The translations under genes and the position numbers were made by a program. Below are positions 40,562 through 49,800 of a stretch of DNA of 64,000 nt, one piece after another (the first letter of the stretch is position 1; each line of letters starts with the position of its first letter). Under the pieces are notes generated by a model. It was given only the letters and a program-made list of their open reading frames with translations, was not told the origin of the DNA and did no database searches. The stretch lies in assembly GCA_965249485.1 (NCBI GenBank), contig OZ252239.1, forward strand, positions 1,280,001 to 1,344,000, in the 5' to 3' direction. This DNA is from a bacterium. Its GTDB lineage: Bacteria; SM23-31.

Positions 40562-41593
40562 ATGAGAATACTCGTTGTCAGACCAGATCACATTGGTGAT
40601 ATGATTTTAACGACTCCATTCCTAACTGTTCTTAAGTCTTCTTTTCCGGAGTGGCAAGTCTCAGTATTATGCGGCTCATGGTCTTTACCTGTCCTGCGGA
40701 ACAACCCAAATTGTGATGAAATAATTCAATGTGATTTTCCGTGGCTTGCACGAGGACAACAAGCTTCTTGGAGTTCTTTGTTTAATACAGTCAGAAAACT
40801 CAGATCTCAGAAATATGACATCGTTTTCAATCTTAGAAAAGCTGCAAAATCAGCAGTTGTAACCCAGCTGATCGGGGGAGCAACAACATGGGGATTTGAT
40901 GTTGCAAAATCATCCTGGGCATTTTCACAGACCATTCCCTACAGAACTGATATTCATATAGCAGACCTTTATTGTGATTTCATCGCCCATCTTCAGGAAT
41001 TCTCCGGTTCAATTACACACAGGGGGCTGGAACTCTATCTCGATGAAAAAGATGTGCAATCACTCGAAAAATCAACTCCCATACCCGATAGATTTGTAGT
41101 TTGTTCACCTGGTGCCGGCTATTCTGAAAAACATTGGTTTGCCGACCGGTGGGCCGGTATTGCAGATTGGGTAACACACTCTTTGAAACTCACCGTTATT
41201 TTTACAGGAGGGAGCGGTGAACGGGCGTTGATTCAGGAAATTATATCAAAAATGAATGAAAATAGTATTGATGTGTCGGGCAAATTATCTATCAGAGAGG
41301 CGGCTGTTCTTGCAGATAAGGCGAGCTTTGTAGTATCTGTCGATTCAGCAATGATGCATATCGCTTCTGCAGTAAAAACACCGGTTATAGCCCTATTCGG
41401 CCCGACTAATCCTGATCATTGGGGACCCTACCCGAATGGAAAATCGAACTGTGTTCTCAGTAAAATACATACGTTTAATCAGGGGAGAGGATCGACGAAC
41501 AGATCGGGAGGTATGAGTCTTATAACAGTAAAAGAAGTGCAAAATGCAATTCTAGAAGTGTGCAAATCAGAGAAGTTAGACAAAACAGAATAA
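40562..41593 (+). CDS. Glycosyltransferase family 9 (LPS heptosyltransferase-like)
   Basis: RPDHIGD.IL.TP, PGAG...K.W and VDSA.MH.ASA..TP.IALFGPT motifs. Confidence 0.92.
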   Translation: MRILVVRPDHIGDMILTTPFLTVLKSSFPEWQVSVLCGSWSLPVLRNNPNCDEIIQCDFPWLARGQQASWSSLFNTVRKLRSQKYDIVFNLRKAAKSAVVTQLIGGATTWGFDVAKSSWAFSQTIPYRTDIHIADLYCDFIAHLQEFSGSITHRGLELYLDEKDVQSLEKSTPIPDRFVVCSPGAGYSEKHWFADRWAGIADWVTHSLKLTVIFTGGSGERALIQEIISKMNENSIDVSGKLSIREAAVLADKASFVVSVDSAMMHIASAVKTPVIALFGPTNPDHWGPYPNGKSNCVLSKIHTFNQGRGSTNRSGGMSLITVKEVQNAILEVCKSEKLDKTE

Positions 41594-41614
41594 CATTGAG
41601 TCACAGTCGATTGG

Positions 41615-42745
41615 ATGAGAGTTTACGGAAATTACATGAACCGACTACCTGAAAGAGAAATTGAACAAATAAAGCAGATTCTTGTGATTGGAGCGATCGG
41701 CATCGGGAATCTTCTTCTTTTTTCCGGCGGCCTGCGGGGTCTCAGGAAATTATTCCCAGATGCGAATATTACGATGATTGTCTTGAAAGAGGGATTTAAA
41801 CATCTCTATGAGCACGATAGGTCTATTGATGAGGTTTTGGTACTCGATGTTGATAAAGTACAGTCAATATCGCAAAAGATATCTTTTCTGAAGGAATTGA
41901 GAAAAAAGAAGTTTCAGCTTTGCATCACAACATTTCCTGCGAATAGACTTGAATATAATCTTCTTGCATTTGCATCAGGGGCTAAATGGCGAATCGCTCA
42001 TCAATATTCCTCAAAACAGATAAGCTCGTTATCCTATTTGCAGAGTATCAGGATACCCGTCGACAAAACACTGCACGATTCTGACCAGAATTGCAATCTG
42101 CTCGAACCCTTGGGATATAGCCCGGAGGCTTCTGAAAATTACGTGTCGCTTCCACTTTTACAAGAGAACCATGTTGAAGCAGAGAAGTATCTGAATGAAA
42201 ATAATTGTGCAGCTTCGTTGGTTATCGGTATGCATCCTGGATCAAGTATGGAGAGGAATATGGTGTTAAAACGGTGGGGGAGTGACAAGTTTGCGGAACT
42301 ATCACGTTGGCTTGCAGAGACTTATGGTGCACATATTCTTTTGTTAGGGGGAAAAGAAGAAAAGCAGCTTCGATACGATATTCATGAAAAAGCACAAACA
42401 CACACACACGTGGTAACGGGTTTAGATTTTCTCACGACGGCGGCGCTGATAAGCCGTTGCAGCCTCTTCGTAACCAACGATTCTGGATTGATGCATGTTG
42501 CGGTTGCGGCCGGGACGCAGACGATTGCCCTTTTTGGACCGACTGATCCGGGGCGGACCGCACCGTATGGTAATATCCACAGTGTTGTAAGGACGGGAAT
42601 TGATTGCAGTCCCTGTTGGTCAATTCTTAATCTCGGTGTCGGAAATATTAACTGCATTCACGAGGAAAATCTTTGTCTCACGCAATTGCCGGTGGAAGCG
42701 GTAAAAAAAGAAATTGAACTCCGATTCAAGAATGTTGAAAAATAG
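41615..42745 (+). CDS. Glycosyltransferase family 9 (WaaF-like)
   Basis: GIGNLL, HPGSS......KRW and TNDSGLMHVA.A......LFGPT motifs; C-terminal CSPC...C...C. Confidence 0.92.
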   Translation: MRVYGNYMNRLPEREIEQIKQILVIGAIGIGNLLLFSGGLRGLRKLFPDANITMIVLKEGFKHLYEHDRSIDEVLVLDVDKVQSISQKISFLKELRKKKFQLCITTFPANRLEYNLLAFASGAKWRIAHQYSSKQISSLSYLQSIRIPVDKTLHDSDQNCNLLEPLGYSPEASENYVSLPLLQENHVEAEKYLNENNCAASLVIGMHPGSSMERNMVLKRWGSDKFAELSRWLAETYGAHILLLGGKEEKQLRYDIHEKAQTHTHVVTGLDFLTTAALISRCSLFVTNDSGLMHVAVAAGTQTIALFGPTDPGRTAPYGNIHSVVRTGIDCSPCWSILNLGVGNINCIHEENLCLTQLPVEAVKKEIELRFKNVEK

Positions 42746-42808
42746 CGATAAATTGAGTACACTGTTTTTCATTTGTGGCACTGAATAAAAAATTGACAGG
42801 TATACATC

Positions 42809-44014
42809 ATGTTTGGTTCACGCTGGTTTTATTCAAATAAAGGGACATTTAAGGGGCTTCTCTTCATCATTGCTCTGCTTATCATCGGTGCACAGGTTGT
42901 GTATACTCAGTACATTGTACAAAAGCTAAGGGATGATCAACGGGATATAGTCAGGACTTCTGCAAGTATCTATTCACTAATTGCCGAAAGCGATATTGAT
43001 GCAAATTATACGGTATTGCTCGACAGGGTTATTCAGCAGATAAGTATTCCGGTAATTTTGACTACAATAGATGGCGAACCGCAGGCACATAAAATTGACA
43101 GTATTTCCGATTATTCATTTCCATTTCAGGAAGGAACAGTCAGAGAGCTCAGGCGTATGGTTTCAACAATGGACAAGGAAAATCCTCCCATCCCAATAGA
43201 ATATAACGGTTCAGTATTAAACCTGATTCATTTCGGAGATTCCGAAATGATCCGACTCCTGAACTGGTTGCCTGCTATTGAGCTCGGCATTGTTGGTCTG
43301 TTTATCTTTCTTGGCTTCATAGGTTTCAATAATATCCGCAGGAACGAAGAACGGTTCACTTGGGTTGGGATGGCAAAAGAGACAGCGCATCAGCTCGGTA
43401 CTCCCATATCATCCTTAATTGGCTGGCTTGAAATGCTCAAGGAGACACGTGAACCCAACCGATTATCTGAAATAGTGACAGAAATGGACAATGATGTTAA
43501 CCGGTTGACTAAAGTTGCACAGCGTTTCTCGCAAATCGGCTCCAATACAGAATTAGCAGACAGAGATATTGTAAAAATCCTCAGTGAAATATCAGAATAT
43601 TTTCGAAAAAGACTCCCCCAATCAGGGCAAGCAGTTATTCTACATGAAAAATATCCGGAGAGTGCCGTTTGCACAATTAATAAAGACCTCTTTGAGTGGT
43701 CAGTTGAAAATTTGATAAAAAACGGATTAGACGCACTTGAAAAAGGAAAAGGTGAAATCACTATTGCATTGTCGATGCACAGCGAGGACAATTGGTTTTG
43801 TATCGATATAACCGATTCCGGAAAAGGAATGACAAAACAGCAACAGAAGCAGATTTTCAACCCTGGCTTCAGCACGAAAAAGAGAGGATGGGGTCTCGGA
43901 CTCAGTTTGGCAAAGAGGATTATTGAAGATTATCATGGCGGTAAATTGCTTCTGAAAAGTACGCGGCTCAATGGAGGCACGACAATGCGGATTTTATTGA
44001 GTTCCCGTACCTGA
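42809..44014 (+). CDS. Membrane sensor histidine kinase (no response regulator in the window)
   Basis: Two TM helices; H-box KETAHQLGTP.SSL; N-box ENL.KN..DA; D.G.G; F.PGFSTK.RGWGLGL. Confidence 0.93.
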   Translation: MFGSRWFYSNKGTFKGLLFIIALLIIGAQVVYTQYIVQKLRDDQRDIVRTSASIYSLIAESDIDANYTVLLDRVIQQISIPVILTTIDGEPQAHKIDSISDYSFPFQEGTVRELRRMVSTMDKENPPIPIEYNGSVLNLIHFGDSEMIRLLNWLPAIELGIVGLFIFLGFIGFNNIRRNEERFTWVGMAKETAHQLGTPISSLIGWLEMLKETREPNRLSEIVTEMDNDVNRLTKVAQRFSQIGSNTELADRDIVKILSEISEYFRKRLPQSGQAVILHEKYPESAVCTINKDLFEWSVENLIKNGLDALEKGKGEITIALSMHSEDNWFCIDITDSGKGMTKQQQKQIFNPGFSTKKRGWGLGLSLAKRIIEDYHGGKLLLKSTRLNGGTTMRILLSSRT

Positions 44015-44103
44015 TTTCGCTGATGATGTGAAGTTCACATCAAAAATCACTATCTTTTATGCCCTTTGTTTCTATATTTTAAAAATTGATATTAGAGGAC
44101 TAA

Positions 44104-45249
44104 ATGAACATAGTAGAACAGATTCAATCGTTTTTATCTTATTCGGTTTTGAATATAAACTTCGGACGACTCCTCGCGGCTTTGGCAATCTTCTTATTCG
44201 TTTATACTCTCCGCCATATTGTTCTGAAAATCTGTATTGGATCATTCCGAAAGTTTGCTTCCCGTACAAAAACCTCCTTTGATGACCAACTTTTAGAAAC
44301 GATTGAACCTCCCGCACGTTTTTTTCTCGCAGTATTCGGATTATGGGCGGCAATGGAATTTATGCGGCTCCCCGAAGAAGCAAGCACTTTAGCCGTCCAT
44401 GTAGTCAGATCGCTTTTTGCGTTTTCAATATTCTGGGCAGCATTTCGCGGTACAACAGTATTATCAAGGATACTCCGGAAGCTCGCAAATCGATCTCAAA
44501 CGAATATAGACGATCAGCTTGTGCATTTTGTCGGAAAGTTTCTCCGTATCGCCGTAGTATTAGTCGGCACCATGGTAATCGTTAGGGAGTGGGGCTATGA
44601 TATCGCAGGACTGGTAGCCGGACTTGGTTTGGGAGGTCTTGCGGTCGCACTTGCGGCAAAAGAGACAGTATCAAATATTATCGGCAGCATAACCATCCTC
44701 CTCGACAGGCCATTTGTTATCGGTGACTGGATAGAATCGCCTGCTGTTGAAGGTGTTGTCGAAGATATACATCTTCGTTCGACGCGGATTAGAACATTCG
44801 CAAATGCTCTTGTTACGGTTCCGAATTCTGCTCTCACAAACGACGCGATTACAAATTGGTCACGAATGAAGAAGCGGCGAATTACGTATAAACTTGGTGT
44901 GACGTACAGTACCAAAAGTGACCAGATGGAAAAATGTGTCGGTGATATAAAATTGATGCTTGAAAATCATAAGGATATTCATTCCGATATGATTTTTGTG
45001 TATTTCACCGATTTTGGGAACAGTGCTCTCGAAATTTTTCTTTACTTTTTTACTAATACAACACAATGGCAGGAATATTTGAATGTTCGTCAGGATGTCA
45101 ACCTCAGGATAATGAAGATCATCGAAAGTAATGGTCTGAGCATTGCTTTTCCGAGCAGGAGCATCTATCTCGAATCTACCAATAAAAGCTCTCAAGAGCA
45201 TTGGGATAAGATAGCAGCACAAAACAATCGTAGTGAACCGCAGCAATAA
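44104..45249 (+). CDS. Small-conductance mechanosensitive channel, MscS family
   Basis: AGLGLGGLAVALAA..T.SN, DRPF..GDWI, G.VE.I.LRST.IRT, VPNS and AFPSRSIY motifs. Confidence 0.94.
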   Translation: MNIVEQIQSFLSYSVLNINFGRLLAALAIFLFVYTLRHIVLKICIGSFRKFASRTKTSFDDQLLETIEPPARFFLAVFGLWAAMEFMRLPEEASTLAVHVVRSLFAFSIFWAAFRGTTVLSRILRKLANRSQTNIDDQLVHFVGKFLRIAVVLVGTMVIVREWGYDIAGLVAGLGLGGLAVALAAKETVSNIIGSITILLDRPFVIGDWIESPAVEGVVEDIHLRSTRIRTFANALVTVPNSALTNDAITNWSRMKKRRITYKLGVTYSTKSDQMEKCVGDIKLMLENHKDIHSDMIFVYFTDFGNSALEIFLYFFTNTTQWQEYLNVRQDVNLRIMKIIESNGLSIAFPSRSIYLESTNKSSQEHWDKIAAQNNRSEPQQ

Positions 45250-45306
45250 TTCGCTCAGCACATTATATGGATGAAACTGTCGTGCCCTTGCGTCAACAGC
45301 CCTATC

Positions 45307-45330
45307 AATGATTACAATTTTGTAATCATT
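45307..45330. promoter_or_regulatory. Perfect 10-4-10 inverted repeat (operator or weak terminator)
   Basis: AATGATTACA-ATTT-TGTAATCATT, between mscS and the ECF sigma promoter. Confidence 0.5.
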
Positions 45331-45340
45331 TCCATAAATA

Positions 45341-45369
45341 GAACATTCGATTATCCTGCCGAATATAAT
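45341..45369 (+). promoter_or_regulatory. Putative autoregulatory ECF-sigma promoter, GAACATT-N13-GAATATAAT
   Basis: About 80 nt upstream of the sigma start; same motif and spacing as 21171-21199. Confidence 0.55.
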
Positions 45370-45448
45370 AGTAATAAAAGTTTTTTTGAATGATTGAATT
45401 CAGTAATTGTATTTAATATGTACAGGTAGCCACCTGTCGGAGAATATT

Positions 45449-46015
45449 GTGGTTAATGATGAACGGTCGCTAATAGAGCAAGCAAAAAATGGCGACAGGG
45501 ATGCTTTTGATCGGTTAACTGAATTATATATAGATAAGGCGTATTCGATTGCGTTTGGATATACCGGGAACGCAAGTGATACGCGTGATATAATTCAGGA
45601 AGTTTTTTATAAAGTATACACGAATTTACATCGATTTGATCTGAGATATCCGTTTTCGGCGTGGCTTTTCAGGATTGTCATTAATAGCAGCATTAATTTT
45701 TCCAAACGGCGAAAAAGAAAACGGATAATGTTTCTTGAGCGGATTCCGAAATCTGATGTCAATCCGCTAGAATTCACAGTGGCGTCCAGTTCAAATCCTG
45801 AAAAGGAATTCATCAATGAAGAGATGCGTGAGCTGTTACGGAAAGGGCTTCAAAAACTGCCGGAAAAACAGAGATCGGCAATTATTCTCTTCGACATCGA
45901 GGGTTTCTCTCAGGAAGAGGTTTCTACCATTTTAAAGTGTCCACAAGGGTCTGTGATGTCACGTATATTTTACGGCAGAAGAAAACTGCGAAAATATTTG
46001 GAAAAATATATTTGA
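45449..46015 (+). CDS. ECF RNA polymerase sigma factor (RpoE/SigW-like)
   Basis: GD.DAF..L...Y, D..QEVF..VY..L..F, FSAWLFRI..N and region 4 LPEKQR..I.L.D.EG.S..E....L.CP.GSV.SR....R motifs; GTG 45449 follows GGAG. Confidence 0.92.
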   Translation: MVNDERSLIEQAKNGDRDAFDRLTELYIDKAYSIAFGYTGNASDTRDIIQEVFYKVYTNLHRFDLRYPFSAWLFRIVINSSINFSKRRKRKRIMFLERIPKSDVNPLEFTVASSSNPEKEFINEEMRELLRKGLQKLPEKQRSAIILFDIEGFSQEEVSTILKCPQGSVMSRIFYGRRKLRKYLEKYI

Positions 46016-46081
46016 ATAATTTTTGCATTCGTTTATATTATGTACAACGGGGGATGGCACCGGTTGAGAAAGGGGATAACA

Positions 46082-46579
46082 ATGAAATGTAAGTATGCTC
46101 AAAAAAACAGATATTCCGAATTTATAATGGTGAAAACAAAAATGCGCATTGAAGAGCACATTGCGGATTGTTCATTTTGTCAGGAAAAATATGCACAAAA
46201 TGATGCCATTGAAGTGTTTTTTCAAAAACGTACCGGTCTTTTTTCCGTTAAACCCAACCACTCAGCTCTTGTGCATGCAATTATACAATACCGTAAGAAA
46301 AGAGAACACCGTTGGTGGTACGGTATTCCGAACATACTTCCGTTAGAGCCGGCTTATCGCAGGGCGTTCCTGTTTGGCACGGCATGTGTCATCATATTAA
46401 TGGGATATTTAATTTCCTCGAATCCAAATGAGGTTGCACCCTCAATGGAATTTATTCAGACCTCCGGAGAACAGATAGAAGAGCTCGATTTTTACCTTCA
46501 GGAACATGTTTTGACGCAGGATACGGATCTTTTTGGCGATTGCACAATTTCAAAAACATTGGCAAGTCTTGACAACTGA
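46082..46579 (+). CDS. Zinc-finger (ZAS) transmembrane anti-sigma factor
   Basis: AAGGGGA SD before ATG 46082; C..HIADCSFC (HxxxCxxC); single TM helix; periplasmic FYLQEH segment reminiscent of RseA/MucA. Confidence 0.8.
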   Translation: MKCKYAQKNRYSEFIMVKTKMRIEEHIADCSFCQEKYAQNDAIEVFFQKRTGLFSVKPNHSALVHAIIQYRKKREHRWWYGIPNILPLEPAYRRAFLFGTACVIILMGYLISSNPNEVAPSMEFIQTSGEQIEELDFYLQEHVLTQDTDLFGDCTISKTLASLDN

Positions 46580-46636
46580 TTTACCGGTAATTCGATATGG
46601 CTATTCATATGAGATTGGAACATTAGAGTTACGATA

Positions 46637-47674
46637 ATGATCATTTTTCAGAAAAGTCTATTCAGGGTGCTCTATGGGATAATATTTGTCGCCTGTATAT
46701 TGTGTAGTTTTTACACAGTGGCAGCAAGTCAGAACATTCAGAATCAATCGGAACGAGGTCATAACTTTCTTCAAAAAATTTCCCACTCGGATACACTCTC
46801 ATTTTCAGCAATTACAACATTTGAACGACTATCGGGACGGCGGAAAAATAACGTCAGCCGTTTTGAAGTTATTCGGATTGGTAGAGATAAAGGGTGGTGG
46901 CATACGCTTATTCCCGAAGACCAAAGTAATGCGATTGATATTCTTGTCGATAATGTATTTTACGAAACATATACCGACAGTGACAAGATAGAAGCTTTGC
47001 CTCGCAGGACACGAGGCTTGTATTTCAATATTGAAAATATAGCTCTGATTCTCAACAACTATTCGATCACATTTCTTTCAGATGAGTCAATCCAGGGTTT
47101 TCCTGTTGACGTGGTTGAAATTCGCCCACGGCAGCGGGACCGCTCTTGGAACAAAATCTGGGTCCATAAATCCAATGGATTTATTTTCAATATGGAGCAA
47201 TATGACCATGATAATAAAAGATTGTATTTCCTGGAGCGGAAAGAAGTTGTATTCAATTTGTCAGTCGATCCAAAGCTTTTTGAAGTGAATTTTACTGGTG
47301 AAGTTCATGAACGGCACATACGAAAAGAGTATGAGAGCATAGCTAATCTACAAAAAGAGTGGAATATGCCTCTCATCGCACCGAAGGTTAATCCTCCCGG
47401 TTTTGTGTTGAAGGAAATTGCTGTCCATATGGACGAGGATGAGCCTGTTTTTCAGTATTATTATACCGATGGGATAATTTCATATTCGCTATTTCAACGG
47501 GAATCCGAGCGGGATGATAGAGAGATGCGCATAGATCGGCAGCGTGGAGATCTCTATATTAGTGCTAGAAATAATGGAATTTATTACCGAATGGACGGGG
47601 ATATCGATCAGATTGATCGTGATATTATTGTACAGTCATTCGAATCTATTCAACCGGTAAAGCATGAAGATTAG
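46637..47674 (+). CDS. MucB/RseB-like periplasmic sigma-E regulator (LolA-like fold)
   Basis: Signal peptide; NYSI......I.G..V.V..I.P.......KIWV....G; C-domain PPGF.L...YYTDG..SYSLF; third gene of the sigma/anti-sigma cluster. Confidence 0.75.
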   Translation: MIIFQKSLFRVLYGIIFVACILCSFYTVAASQNIQNQSERGHNFLQKISHSDTLSFSAITTFERLSGRRKNNVSRFEVIRIGRDKGWWHTLIPEDQSNAIDILVDNVFYETYTDSDKIEALPRRTRGLYFNIENIALILNNYSITFLSDESIQGFPVDVVEIRPRQRDRSWNKIWVHKSNGFIFNMEQYDHDNKRLYFLERKEVVFNLSVDPKLFEVNFTGEVHERHIRKEYESIANLQKEWNMPLIAPKVNPPGFVLKEIAVHMDEDEPVFQYYYTDGIISYSLFQRESERDDREMRIDRQRGDLYISARNNGIYYRMDGDIDQIDRDIIVQSFESIQPVKHED

Positions 47675-47816
47675 TCCTTCAAGAGCAAAGACCCATTTTC
47701 TAAACCAGTTATAAAAATGTATTGTCCAATAATTGCACTTATGAGTTATATGATATTTCGAGTGAAACTCAAAGTGTGAGAACGTGGCATCCCCCCAACC
47801 GAAAATTTAGTTCAAC

Positions 47817-47846
47817 AAAAAAGCGGACTATGTGGTCCGCTTTTTT
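47817..47846. terminator. Bidirectional Rho-independent terminator
   Basis: AAAAAAGCGGAC-TATGTG-GTCCGCTTTTTT between convergent genes. Confidence 0.88.
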
Positions 47847-47858
47847 ACGTTTGTTATT

Positions 47859-49025
47859 TTATTTATTTATTCGAACTAATTCTCTCTGCCAGTCGGTATC
47901 TATATCTCCATCATAAAATTTACCGGGATTTTCAAGTGCCCACCGCTGTTTCCTGATGAGCCAGTTTTCAGGATCGAGCTCAAATGCAAGGTTCGATTCC
48001 TGCAGTGCTTTCTCATTGTTACTCGATTTCATGTATTTCGAAGCTTTCAAAAAGTGACTCCGCGCTTCGTCTGAAGCAAATCCTGATTCCATTTTTTGCG
48101 ACTGTCTGTTTGCGGCTATTTTTCCGAGAACCGAATTTTCGCCCCGCTCAATCCAATCTTCCATTTCTATAATGAGCCGGTCATCTTCGACCTCAGCCTG
48201 ACGTGGACCTTCAATCAGTTTGCCGGATTCATCAAAAAGCAGAATCAACGGGATCGCTTTAAATCCGAATAAATTGCCTAGCACATTGTCGCTGTCAACA
48301 AGGGTTGTGTACTCAGCATTGGCTTTTTCGACATAAGGACGGGCAACATCTGCGCCTTGAACATCCATGGCAACAGATATCAATTCAAAGTTTTTATCTC
48401 TATTATTTGCGTAAAACTTCTGCCACCCGGGCAGTTGACCGCGGCAGGTTCACCATGAAGCCCAAACAAATACACCGACTTTTTTACCGGAATAATCAGA
48501 TAATGAAACAGTTGAACCATCTAAGTCATTCAGGCTGAAGTCATAAGCAGGTACTTCAAAAGAGTTATTGCTGAGCGGTTTGAAATTAACCGTTCCGTTA
48601 TCAGTTATGATGGTAACGTTAAGAACACGATTTTCAGCATCCCAATCTGCTTCATCACCCAAAGCAAGCATTAAATAGGGGACAGGAACAAAATAGGTTC
48701 CACTGCTTTCGTACGCCTTATTCGGATCATTATCGCCTATTTCGAACGGAATGCACAAGTCCGCCCTGCACATACCGATCTGTCTACCCGGGACAATGTC
48801 CTTAAATTCGAGCCCGAAGTGGCTTTGCAGTACAGGTACGGCAAAATAAATAATCCCATTTGCAATACTATATTCATCGGAGGCAATCGTAATGTTTTCA
48901 CCGTTCATGGTGAAAGATTCAAGCGACACAGAATTATTAGTCTGACTGCATGCACCGAACATCATGCCGGCAAACCCGAAGAGCACGATTAACTGTTTCA
49001 TTAAATATTCCTCACTTGTTTTCAT
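47859..49025 (-). CDS. Exported TlpA/ResA-like thioredoxin-fold selenoprotein (in-frame UGA read as Sec, motif WASW-U-TCR), about 388 aa
   Basis: Track ORFs 48450..49025 and 47859..48383 are in one frame, separated only by TGA at 48452-48450. Read-through gives F.LNDLDG..VSLSDY.GK.V.VFVWASW*TCRGQLPGWQKFY...DKNFELISVAMD, an intact TlpA-like fold. Lipobox-like FGAC at the N-terminus. Confidence 0.85.
48420..48434 (-). promoter_or_regulatory. Putative bacterial SECIS hairpin
   Basis: On the minus strand CTGCC-CGGGT-GGCAG forms a 5-bp GC-rich stem whose G-containing loop starts 20 nt after the UGA. Confidence 0.6.
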
Positions 49026-49254
49026 ACTGTATGCTAATAAGAAACATGATACCTAATATAAAAGTTTCTTTCTTAGTAAGAAAGTACAATTTCTTTATAC
49101 TCGAATAAATTAAACAAATAAGAATCCTGAATATTCAATAGAAAAAGCTTTACATATTATTTCATTCAATACTATATGAAAAAAGAGTGAACAATATGAA
49201 AAAATTGCTCTCGCATTCCAATGCAAAGGAAAGATACATCAATAATTTTAAATC

Positions 49255-49800
49255 TTACTTTATAAGGAGCTGTTTTTGTATGTAATAAATCCGGTATCAG
49301 TTCTTTATGAAAATACATTCCTGAAGCTACTAGTTTTCTTGTATTATTGGTGCCATCACATTGAATTGAATGATATCCGATAGATTGTCGATCGTTGATT
49401 TGTGTTTTCACTTCCCGGCCGAGAACGTAATAAATAGTCAGGGTTACCATTGACGGAAGCAGAGTTTAATATACTACTGTCGTGGTCGGGTTAAAAGTTT
49501 CGGATAATATTGAAATAATTTGAATTCTGTTGGTAATTCACTTTCTTCCTTAACACGTGTGTCTAATATTGTTTCATTTGCCTCAACGATCCATCCTGTG
49601 AATTTAATGACATAATATGCACTGAACAAGTGCGATATTAGTATTGCTGTTCTGACCGATCCATGTTTCACCACCATCTGCAGTAGTGAGTATTATTCCG
49701 TTATACCCGACAGTATGTCCCGTATTCGAGTCGAGGAAAAATGCATGATAGAGATTATAGTCAGTTGTGCTTGTTTGTGGATTCCAAGTTTTACCAGTTA
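49255..49800 (-). pseudogene. Decayed Ycf48/BNR-repeat beta-propeller protein with a T9SS-like CTD
   Basis: Minus-strand fragments in shifting frames: GKTWNPQTS...FLDSNTGHTVGYNGIILTTADGGETW; TGWIV...TIL; LPTEFKLFQYYP / FNPTTTVVY* / VTLTIYYVLGREVKT...VASGMYF / KQLLIK*. No 5' end or start is visible. Confidence 0.8.

Noticed and set aside
47859..49025. Two separate genes or a nonsense pseudogene
   Set aside because: The single TGA lies at the catalytic position, both halves are intact and a SECIS-like hairpin follows, so Sec recoding fits better.
49172..49677. Track ORFs of 92 and 67 aa treated as genes
   Set aside because: They are frameshifted fragments of the BNR-CTD pseudogene.
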